A stretch of DNA of 64,000 nt from Chiloscyllium plagiosum (taxonomy: Eukaryota), in contig NC_057726.1 of NCBI RefSeq assembly GCF_004010195.1, positions 70,661,211-70,725,210 on the forward strand, in the 5' to 3' direction. Below are positions 53,561 through 64,000 of the stretch, in pieces. Under the pieces are notes generated by a model. That model was given only the letters and a program-made list of their open reading frames with translations. It had not been told where the DNA came from and searched no databases. The first letter of the stretch is position 1; the number at the start of each line of letters is the position of its first letter. The translations under genes and the position numbers were made by a program.

Positions 53561-56451
53561 TTCCCTATACCTACTAGCCGTTAAATTGTTAGGCCCCTTA
53601 AATTGAAATAAATGCAGTTTAATTTATTAGTCCTGCTCTGACTGTTTGACTCACATCTGTTCTCAGCTGTGCCCATCTCAGATCGATCTCTTTCCTCACT
53701 ATCTCTCTTGGTACCACCCTCCCACCTTACTAGTTTAAATCCACCCAAGCAGTTCTAGCAAATTTTCCTGCCAGCATATTGTCCCCTTCCAATTTAGGTG
53801 CAGTTGGTCCTTCTTGTACAGGTCACTTCTACCCCAAAAGAGATTCCAATGATCCAAAAAAGTGAATTCTTATCCGATACACCAGCTCCTCAGCCATGCA
53901 TTAATCTGCTCTATCCCCCTATTAGCTCATTAGCTCGTAGCACTGGGAGTAATCCAGATATTACCACCCTTGAGGACCTCCTTTATAAATTTCTGCCTAA
54001 CTTTCTGCAATCTCCCTTCAGAGACTCAACCTTTTCCCTTCCAATGTCGTTGGTTCCAATGTGGACAATGACCTCCTGCTGGCCCCTTTCCCCCGTGATA
54101 ACATTCTGCACCCTCCCTGAGACATCCTTGATCCTTTTACCATGGAAACAACTCACCATCCTGCTTTTTTTCAGCTGGCCACAGAAACGTCTGTCTGTAC
54201 CTCTGACTACAGAATCTCCAACACAATTGATCTCTTGGAAGCCGACATACCCCTCGTTGCATGAGAGCCAGTCTCAACGCCAGAAACTTGGATGTTGGGG
54301 CTACGTTCCCCTGAGAATTGATTACCCCCTACATTTTCCAAAACAACAGACCTGTTTGAAATGTGTATATCCACAAAATATTCCTGCCCTAGGTGTCGAC
54401 CTCTCTTAACCTTCCTGGAGTTAACCCATCTATGTGACTGTATCTGAGACTTCCCCCTTCCTATAACTGCCATCCTCACATACTGTTGCTGTTGCAAATT
54501 CCCCATCGCTTCTATCTGTCTCTCCAACCGATCCACTCGATCTGATAAGATTCGCATCCAACAGCATTTATGGCAGATACAATCCGCAGTAACCCTTAAA
54601 CACTCTTTAAACTCCCACATCTGACAAGAAACACGTATCACTGCAAAGGCCATTTTGTTCCTTCACAATCTACAGACCCAGAAAATAATACCGTCTTATT
54701 CCCCTACAAACACTGCCCCAGGTTAAATTAATACCTATGGCTTATGTTTTAAGTTTAATCAAGAGACATATCTCCAAAAACATATAATCAAGAAAGAATC
54801 CACTATACTCACTACTGCAGCCTTTCTCTTCGACAGACTTAAAACAACAATTAACTTATCTGATTCTGTGCTGTGAACTTCACCCAACAGTTCCTCCAAG
54901 ATTAGTTGTGAATTTCACTGTTTGTTAATTTTCCCAGATGCACTCCGATGTCCAGCCATGCACGGTAACTGTGCAGGTTCTCTCTCTCTTTGTCTCCGTC
55001 TCTGTCTCTCTCTCTCCTGCACTGTCCTCACCATGCGCTTCCTTTCTCTGCTCTTCTCCCTTTTAAAACTGTTGTTGTTTTGACTTTTATTTCCAAAGTT
55101 CCAAAACAATGCAACAGCATACAAAACAGTAATTGCTGCTCTTGGAATTCGAGTAAATCACCTCCAACATCTGAAATACCTCAAAAAGGAGGAGCTCGTA
55201 GAGCCAGATTCTTTTTTTCCCGTGTATTTTGACGAGCAACGAACTTTAACTGAAACTTTTAGTTTCAGAGATGGCCCTTTAGAATATGGCACAATGAGAC
55301 TACCAGCTTAAAGCTCAAAATGTCGGCTTAGTACCAGACTAATCTGTGAGCAAATATTTATCAGTGGACGGAGCAATGTGGACTTCCTGAGCGCCATTTA
55401 TAGCTTAGGTTATAGAGTGGGACAAGTCTGCAGTACAGAAAAAAGGACTTTGGGTCCTCATCGCGCCCACATTGGTCAAAATAAAACACTTCGCTGTCAT
55501 CATATTTTCTAGCACTTGTCTGCCTAAGCGGCTTAAGTGCACATCTAAATACTTCGTAAATATCATGAGGGTTTCTACCTCTAGCACCGTTACAGACAGG
55601 GAGTTCCAGATTCCCACCACCCTCTGGGTGAAATAAGACATTTTTATTCTCTGAGCCTTCTGTCCCTTACTTTAGTTCTACGTTCCCAGGGTCTATGATC
55701 GAGGAGAAAAGTGTCTTGCTGTCTAACCTGCCTGTGTCTCACATCATTTTATACTGAACCAACGATTTGCACAGTTCTACTCTACCCTCCCTTCTCTTAA
55801 ACTTCACGCTTCGGCCAGTAACGGAAAGTGTCAGAAATGATTTCTTAACCAGGTTTTCCACCTGTACTGATAACTTGAAGAAGCATTGAACGCGCACAGC
55901 ATCTCCCTGATCCCAGGTTTCTACTGCTCATCATATATTCCTTTGCATTGTGTGACATGCTCCAGTGTATCACCTCACTTGATCCATACAGATTTCCATT
56001 TCCCATTGATTACGTATCTGACCAGTCCTTCTGTATCCTGTTTTCGGTTTCTCTTATTCTTAAATATTCAAATCGGCTCTGGATTGTGGCAACACATGAA
56101 AGTTTTTCACTTTTTAAAATATTTCACTGTCAAATACATACAATACATCTTTCATTCATTCATCCTTGTAACCTGTGGTTATTCTCCTCACTATTTCCCA
56201 ACCCACCAATTTTTGTGTCATCTACGAAGATACTGGTCAGCCCTCCTACAATCAAGTCTAAATCTTTTCCATAAACCACAAAGAGGAAGGGCCAACTCTA
56301 ACCTCTGTGGGACCCTTATGAACACAGATGTCCATTCGGAAAAACACCACTCAGCCATCACCGTTCCTTGTTGCACAGCTTGAAATGTGGCGAGTCCGAA
56401 ACTACAATTATTACAACTCTCATTGCAACGAAGTTAATATCATGAACCTAC

Positions 56452-56754
56452 CCGATTTATTGAAAGTGTAGCTGACATTTGCTGGCGTCCGAAGTGAGAT
56501 GTGAGACACTTGACAAGTGTAAACGGTACCGCTCTGAACGGGTTCTGTCTCAGTCAGGTTGCTGGAAACTTCATAGAGCCCGATGGAATTCTGCAGTTTG
56601 ACATGTTCCATCCCGGTTGCAATTTCTGAAACATTTTTGTACCAAGTGATGTTCAGGTTGTCTGGGTAAAACGCAGCAGTTGTGCAAAGAAGAGTTAGAG
56701 GGAAAGCTGAGCCGTCCTCCAGCAGTTTGACCAGTTTGAGTGGAGTCGGAGGGA
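56452..56754 (-). CDS. IgSF receptor copy B: C1-set Ig domain exon
   Basis: Acceptor tctttttgtttag|, donor G|gtaggt, 303 nt, phase 1-1. C1 hallmarks: LTLLCTTAAFYP, ITWYK, GLYEVSSNL, YTCQVSHISL. Several N-x-S/T sites. Confidence 0.93.
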
Positions 56755-58011
56755 CTAAACAAAAAGAAAAGGAAACGTTTGTTTTGAAGCCCATTTAATT
56801 TGAAAAATGTGAAGGAAATTCTGTCACAAGGTCAAACAGAAACAGAAAACCGCAAAAGGCGTTCGTTACTCGGCATTTCGGGTGTTAAAAGGTGATACCA
56901 TTCAGATCAAACATTCTGCTGGCACAAGATTCAGATCGAAGAGAAAGCAGAAAGGTTCTTCAAAGCCTAATTACAGACGTAATTTGAAATTTGAAAAGAG
57001 AATCGTTATAGCTAATGTTGCAGTTTTAGCGTCATAGAGTTGGAATTAAAGGAAACGTTGATTTAAATTTTCCACCGGCAAATGCCTTTGCTTCTGCCTC
57101 TGAAATCAATTAATTGCTTATTTCGCAATCTTAGTATTTTCCATTCCCCCAAATATTTAAATACGCAAAACATCACGTTTCAAATGTTCATACCAATTAT
57201 GAGATGTGTAGTCCTTCTCCGTGCTTTTCTTTCTGAGATGGGATCATTATGTTCCAACCTCTGAGGAGATCGCTTTTGACAGTTCAACAAAAATTCCCCA
57301 CCCAAAACACACGTTACACACTGAGTAAAACTCGCATTCATTAAATAAACCGAAGTTAATGTAAACTCGGCTGAAGGGCATGTGAAGTTTGAGTAAACAC
57401 GTCTCATTTTCATTTAGAACCCTAACCTTTCTTCAGCAAGGCATCTGTAGTAGCCCAATCTAACAACAAGGATCAGATTGAGTGTGTACGCGTTGGATTA
57501 CAGAGGACAGAGAGGCGACTTTATTGAACTTTAGAAGATTCTTAGAGGATTTGACATTATTCATGCAGAAAGGTTATGTCCCCTTGTGAGAGAAACTATG
57601 ACCAGAGGGCATAATCTCAGAATAAGAGGGTGCTTATTTAAAACAGAGATAAGGTAGAAATTGTTCTGTTAGAGGTTGATAATCTGCAGAATACTTTTCC
57701 ACAGAGGGTTCTTGAGACTTGGTTTGTAAGTGTATTCCACACTGGGATAGATACATATTTGTTTGCTTACTAATTCAAGGTTTATCAGGGAAAGGCAGGA
57801 AAGTGGAATTAAGGGCTAGCTGATGAGCCAGGATATCATTGATTGGCGGAGCAGGCCCTAAACGTCTATCTCCACTCCGACATCTTATGTTGTTAAGATC
57901 GGAACAGAAGATTACAAATTCTTTTCTTGGAGATTAAATCCACATTTTGATTGTTATTCAAATTAATGCCTTACAAAAAACGCAGTATTTTCCCCTCTCC
58001 GTAATCCTTAC

Positions 58012-58323
58012 CAAACACGACCAGGTTGGTGTCGGTTCCGTTTGCAGCCACATTGTGTGTCACTCTGCAGTAATAAACCACAGCGTCCTCCAATCTTACA
58101 TCTGCCAGTTGTAAGACAGATCCTCCCTGAGTGAGGAAATAAAGCTGGATTCTGCGGTCCAAACTTTCCTCCAAGAACCCATCTCTCCCATTTCTCCACC
58201 ACTGCACTTTCACTGGCTTTTTGTCTCGAAAGATGGGGAAAATGCAATAAAGTTTAACCGAGGAGCCTCTCGTGACTGCGCACTCTCGATCTTGTCTCAC
58301 CGTTAGTTGAGAATTGTGAGAGG
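58012..58323 (-). CDS. IgSF receptor copy B: V-set (germline VJ-type) Ig domain exon
   Basis: Acceptor tttttgttttgcaacag|, donor G|gtaagg, 312 nt, phase 1-1. Motifs: SVKLYC, VQWWR, LQLADVRLEDAVVYYC, and a J-like G strand ANGTDTNLVV. Confidence 0.92.
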
Positions 58324-58496
58324 CTGTTGCAAAACAAAAAGAAGAGCTAACTATCGAATTAAATGATGAATAACAAACCTAGAAGATGTTATGAAAACAA
58401 GCACGTATTGACAAAACAAAACAGCAATAGAAAAAGCTGTATAAAAAGCTTTTATATATCTACACATCAGAAACAGAGTGAAATAACAGTCACTCA

Positions 58497-58556
58497 TTGG
58501 AAAGAGGTATAACTGATAGATAACATGGCCGTGCAGCGAAGTAAAACACTGAACAT
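58497..58556 (-). CDS. IgSF receptor copy B: putative leader exon (MFSVLLRCTAMLSISYTSFQ), splice donor appears damaged
   Basis: Signal-peptide-like ORF about 170 nt upstream of the V exon. It ends CAA-TGAGTG rather than a phase-1 G|GTGAGT. Confidence 0.45.
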
Positions 58557-60029
58557 CTTGAACAGCTAAACTGAAGTGATCATTTGCATTGCTATGTGTA
58601 ATATATACAAATTCACCACAACATAAGGGAGGATGTTCGGTTTCAAATGTGTCTGTCGGTACATGAGTTGTGCTGATGTTTGAGGTTCTTACCAGCCTAA
58701 TGAGGGGAAACTAACGCTTGATTATTCTATATAATGCACTCATGATTGTCGCTGACATTATTAACGCCCATATATGTGAATTTACTATTTGTACTTCCAC
58801 TGCAGCTGCTCAGAATGGATTCCGTGTATGAGACATTTTGCAGCAAAAGGGTTGGATGTTCTGATATCTTGCTTCAACGTCTTTGCTTTTTTTGGAAGGT
58901 CGCGATCATATAATAATGACAACCGATTGCTACACTCAGTCATTGTAGACAAATACAATTCAAAGTGCGTGCTGTCTGGAACACCTTCAGATGTTCGATT
59001 CATTAGATGCCACCAATTATTATCAATAGCCTTTTCGCTATAAAGTCAGAGTCATACAGCACCGAAACAGACTGTTCCGTCCAACCGTCCATGCCAGCCA
59101 GATATTCCAAACTGAATTAATCCCACTTGGTCCATACCCGCTTTAAACTTCTCCCTCCATGTCCCTGTCTTTTAAAATGTTATTTTTGTCCCCACCGCCA
59201 CCACTTCCTCTGGTACCTCAGTCTGTACACCTATCACTCCTCAGATCCCTTTTAATTGCTTCCACTTTTGCATTAACCCTAAACCCTCTAGTTTTGGACT
59301 CCCCTACCAAGGAAAAGAACTTAGATTCACTTTATCTAAGCCCCACATGATTTTATAAACCTCTACACTGTCACCCCTCAGCCGCCGGCGCTCCATCACA
59401 AGGATAGTGGGTTAAGGACGGTGTGTGTAACATTGTAACAGCAAGCGATTTCCTTGCCCATATTTGAACTGATGACATGTGGTCAAGAGTCAATGTTGAG
59501 TCCCGGTTCAACTCTCTTGCAACTGTCTACCATTGCTACCACCGCCTTTGTGTCTGCCCTGACAGTAGGACAGAACACGCATGGAGATGGCGAGTGTGTG
59601 AAGATTATGATTCCACGAGCAAGGTTCTGTCAGGTTTTTGCTTGACTAATCACAGATATTAAGAAGACGGACTTTGCATACTGACAGGACTGAGTTTTCG
59701 GCTGCCATTTCCAGTGCATTTTTTGATACCACGTGGTCTGCACCATTGTTTTCTGCAATGTTCCAGCTGTTGAAAGACACAGATGTTTTGCCATTTCAGA
59801 CAGAAGTAAAGAATCAATGACATTTCTGGGAATCTGCATTCAGAGGCTGGCAGTTTTCGCCTCGAAAGGACGTCAGAAAAGCAATTGACAATGATTTCAT
59901 GGTCATCGGTAAAGTTTCAACTCCAGACTTTAGTTGAATTCGATGCCAAACATTTGCCATAGTGGAAGTTGAACCAGTCCTCGGCCTTTCTTGGTCAATT
60001 GATTACCAGTCAAGCAACGATAAATTTCA

Positions 60030-61075
60030 ACACCTGAATTTGAATAATTGAAAATATTTACCTGAATTCATTTAACTCTGAAATTGAATCATTCTGAATG
60101 TAACTCAGCAATAATCCAAGTTTCGATTTGGAACAATGTGATTGGAAGTGAAACTAAATTAATGGAAATTGGAGACGGAAACATTATGAATCAGAGTCTA
60201 GATATAAATTTGAGCAAAAGAATCTTCCAGCTCTTCGAGCAAACTTACATCCAGAATCTCAACCTGAGCTACAACTCCGAATCTGAGTAATCTAAAGCTG
60301 AGAATGAATAATTCTCAACCTTACCTGAACCATACTGAATTTGTCTCTGAACGTGAATCTGAATTAATGTAACTGAACTCTGAATTAGTTCTACTGTGAA
60401 ATAGAATCAATACGAATCTAAACCTAAATGGGAATCAGGGTAAATATGAACCTGAATCTGTGGAATCTCCATTCGCATCTGAATCAAGGTGATTAATAAT
60501 CCCAGTAATTCATTATTTGATGTGGACTCAATGTGAATCTAAATTGCAAGTATTATCATAATGAATCTGATTGAATTTGATTTTGAATCTGATTCAAGCC
60601 ATAACCAAGTCTGCATATTTCTAAGTATGAACTAAATCAATCTTCTCCACTGCTTAATAAGGCTAAAAAAAAGCAAATCACATTCTTCACAATGAAAAAC
60701 CGACAAAGAAATCTGAAACAAAAACAGAAATCGCTGGAGAAATTCGACAGGTCAGTCAGCATTTCTGGAGAGAATGCAGAGTTAATGTTTTGAGTCCAAT
60801 AACACTACATGATAATGCGAATCTGATTATTTGAGAAACTTCGGCATTACCATTTAAAACTAAATCATTCGAATCGGAATCTGAGTTTTATTCTGAATGG
60901 GAATCTGGCAGAATGTAAATTGGATGCTAACCGACTCTGAATGTGCATCTGAATGTATAGAATGTGAAAACTGATTTATTCTAAATGTGACACAAAAGCC
61001 AAGCTGAATCCATATGTGCGTTATTCTGAACATGAATTGGAATAATTATGAATCTGAAGCTGACTCGGTTGCAAG
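60030..61075 (+). repeat. Degenerate (GAATCT/CTGAAT)n satellite-like region
   Basis: Dense recurring ctgaat, gaatct and tgaatc words, interrupted by a repeat fragment at ~60710-60800. Confidence 0.65.
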
Positions 61076-61819
61076 CATTCAGTTTGCATTTTCACCCACG
61101 TGAATTGTCTCCTAACCTCCTTAAATGTTTGGGTCAAACGTGGACAATAAACTGAATTCGCAGGGTGAGGTGAAAATGGCTAATTTAGACCTTTCTCCAC
61201 GTTCCCTTTTGATAACTAGCACAATTTGCGACACCTCAGACACGGAGAAAGACAGTCTGTCATAGATACATTGGTCATCTCCATTTTCAGCACATGATGA
61301 GGAGAGTAGACATAACGTATACACGATGGGAAAGAAAGATCTGACTGCATTCATCTCATTTTCCAACTTTGGCCAATCAGCATGGAGGCGAAATACTGTT
61401 TACGTGTTGCAGGAATTCTGATTAAACCACCCTTTCAAACAATGTGTTCCAGAGTTGCAGCACTCTCCGAGTAATAAAACAGCAGAATCTCCTCTTACCT
61501 CCTACCTTTTAATTAAAACCAGTAGTGTAGTCCAATAGTATCCCTTCCACAATGTGGTGACCAGAACTGCATGCGGGACTTCAGTTGTGAGTTAAACATC
61601 ATTTTATGTCGCCCCAGCGTTATTTGATTGTTCTTCTATTGAATGATTTGGTTAGTAAAAGCAAATTCTCTCTGGACACAAGGAAATCTTTCTGAAGAAG
61701 AAGCGATTGAATAGCTCTGTCTCGCTTAATTTAGTGAAGTGTTTAGCTGCTTAATTTGAAGCAAACGGGATCATCTTCCATTTTGGCAAAAAAAACGCGA
61801 TATCTTAAAACTGGCTAAA

Positions 61820-62575
61820 TCAGACAGCAGCAGTCACGACCTGCAAAGACAAGAACACCTCGACAAAATCTTTGCCAAGAACGGATAATTCCGCAACTTC
61901 TTCAACAGATACCTGGCGGACAAACAACCCAACGAGAACATGCCGTGATCCAACCCACTGAGCACGCCACTTTATATTAAAAAGTCTCCGAACTGACAGC
62001 CAGACTCCTCCAACCATTGAGATTTATGACAGCCCATAAATCGACTGTCATGTTTAGACAAAACACTCTCCAAAACAAAAGACCCAATACCCATTATGTG
62101 CAGGATGAACAAAATGCCATGCAGAGACTGCACGAAACACTTTATCGGGCAAACAGGGAGACAACGAGCCATTAGCATTCATGAACATCACCTACCCACA
62201 AAACGCCATGACCAGCAGAAAAGGACCACAAGTTCGATTGGGACAACACAACAATAATAGTTCAAAACAAACAGACGACAGCTAGAGAATTTCTAGAAGC
62301 ATGGCTCTCATTCATGGACTCTTATCAATAAACACATTGACCTTGACCCAATATACCGACCATTTCAATGATTAACCAGAACCGGCAACCGGAAGCAGCT
62401 GGAACGAAACCAAATCAATTCCAACTGATACAGCAGAGTAACGCTTTACAGGAGGTTCCACAGCACTGAGGGCATCACCGAGAAAGGGACCGAACATCAG
62501 CAATCCAACTTCCCAGCTCAGCAAGCAACAGCAACCACTACCGGAGGTGCAAATCTTTGCACAAATGTTGATACT
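61820..62575 (+). mobile_element. Decayed Penelope-like element 3' part (same family as 7920-8513)
   Basis: PCRDCTKHFIGQTGRQ and AREFLEAW remnants. A degenerate CTGAGG..GAAC motif lies at ~62463-62500. Confidence 0.8.
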
Positions 62576-63339
62576 TGATACATTTCATCTACCTCATTAA
62601 ACTCACTTGTACTCATAATAGTGCTTGCCTGTAGTTCTTTGGCTGCTGTTAAAACTACAGCCTGAGCTGGAGTCCAGTTTGAGCCCTTCCCTTTGAACCA
62701 ATGAGTTCTGAAGTGTCTGTTGATTGCAATATTCTCAGAAATTAGAGGAAATGCAACATTGCCTAAAACTCACAATGCGCTCCGTTAATATGCGTTCTAA
62801 AACCTGGAGCTATCTCATTGTATTGTTGCCATACAAATTTTGTTCGGTCCACAGTTTAAAAATAAGAAAATCAGAAGATGTGGAGCTTCCAATTTAATAA
62901 AAAAAAGATTGCATTACAGATAGTGGGGTTGCAGTCCATGATTTTCTAGATATTCCTTCATTCTGAAAATGGTCAAGCCTGTTGAACTTCATTAATTACA
63001 AGAATTGATATAGGTATTGCAGAGTAAAGGAGAGGGAAGCAATGAACATCATTGATCAATACAGTAATGCACTACAGTGTTCTATCACGGTGCATTTATT
63101 AATCTAGTTGGAAGATTATTGTATCATCACAGCCAACATTGTTTTACAAACAAAAATGTTTTTTTTTAAAAACGGTAGATGTTTGTAACGTAGTTGTAGC
63201 ATTTATTGGGGGATACCCAGAGAGCAGTGCACTTGAATTAAAAGTACTAGTATGAATGGAAGATTGTTTTAATGCACAGGAATCAGCGGGATGTGATGGG
63301 CAGAGTATTTGCAGATAGAAAATTGGACCCAATGACTCA

Positions 63340-63620
63340 TTGCAAAGAGCGATGCGGCATATTCAGATACTTGTGAGCTACACAAATCATAATACAGACG
63401 AAATAGTGACCACCACACAGACCATGTAGAGATGAAGTCTCACTTTGAAATTGAGAATCCACCCCTCCTTGTGTGGCACTATCAGCACAATAAATGAGAC
63501 AGACTATGAACAGATCTAAAAACTTAGGACTGGGCACTTGTGAGGCACTGTAAGCCACCAACAACAAGTAGCATCATACTCCAACACAATCTGCAGCCTC
63601 ATAACAAGCAAAAAGAGACC
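63340..63620 (+). mobile_element. Fragment of the LINE family seen at 14867 and 48420
   Basis: Shared tgtgtggcactatca..acagact..acagatcta motif. Confidence 0.6.
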
Positions 63621-64000
63621 ATTCTACCATTGTTCTGTTACTGTGCCAGTACCCCACGAATTTGAATCTATTTTTCCACAGAAATCTTTGAAACATATTT
63701 ATCGCTTTAATCTTGTTGACCCTCTGTTGTTTTGCTTGTGGCTCAGGTAGTAATCTGGAAATTATTACCTTTTTGGGACTGCTTTATAACCTAGCCTCTA
63801 GTTGTTCACATTTCTGACAGAATCTCTTTCCTCTTTGTATCTGTATCATTGGCACCTACGTAGATCACAACACGATCTTTTTCCTCCCAATCCAGGTTCC
63901 TTTTCTATCCAAGCATGATATTCTGAAGCAGGGCTCTAGGCAAATAGTATTGCCTTCAGGCCTCTGGATCCTGGCAACAAATAGCACTGTCGCTTGCTCT

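Larger units (their letters stand above)
51105..55230 (-). mobile_element. Long CR1 LINE (5'UTR, ORF1 remnant, internally deleted ORF2) with nested insertions
   Basis: ORF1-like SCQMWE..ICHKC..DRVDRLERQ (54207..54653). ORF2 remnants LNEYFASVFT, PEDWRLANVVPLFKKG, SGVP.GS.L.PLLF and FADD. Confidence 0.88.

Noticed and set aside
53798-54409. 203-aa plus-strand ORF
   Set aside because: It is antisense to the CR1 ORF1 remnant and has no domain of its own.
58024-58057. CACAATG heptamer-like word just after the YYC codons of the V exon, with ACACCAACC downstream (possible RSS)
   Set aside because: The spacer is 18 nt, not 12 or 23, and the sequence is in-frame coding G strand up to a good splice donor.
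61121-61366. ORF with a signal-peptide-like start (MNAVRSFFPIVYTLCLLSSSCA) as an alternative leader for copy B
   Set aside because: There is no convincing phase-1 donor, and it is about 3 kb from the V exon. It cannot be supported without transcripts.
1-64000. Prokaryotic systems (operons, CRISPR arrays, defence islands)
   Set aside because: The sequence is vertebrate, intron- and repeat-rich, with no regularly spaced repeat-spacer array and no long bacterial ORFs.

Overview
This is eukaryotic genomic DNA, not prokaryotic. The tRNA-derived HE1/V-SINE-like repeats, CR1-type LINEs and Penelope-like elements point to a shark/elasmobranch. Most ORFs in the supplied track are transposon fragments or noise. 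The real gene content is a spliced immunoglobulin-superfamily receptor locus with the architecture leader - VJ-type IgV - IgC1 - TM - cytoplasmic tail, SIRP/NCR3-like. It sits in a large inverted duplication: 1-32453 is mirrored at 33509-48114, with a 500-N gap at the axis. The left (+) copy shows its TM exon and three cytoplasmic exons with an ITIM (VTYATL) and an ITSM (TVYAQ-I/V); its Ig exons presumably lie upstream of the window. The right (-) copy shows V, C1, an identical TM exon and the first tail exon. A 7.3-kb arm-specific deletion has removed its ITIM/ITSM exons, which would give a tail-less sibling. Two head-to-head IgV pseudogenes flank the axis. There is also a young family of short TSD-flanked elements carrying a hammerhead-ribozyme-like core. 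All exon calls were made by eye from splice sites and phase; there is no transcript evidence. The inverted duplication could be an assembly join of two haplotypes.
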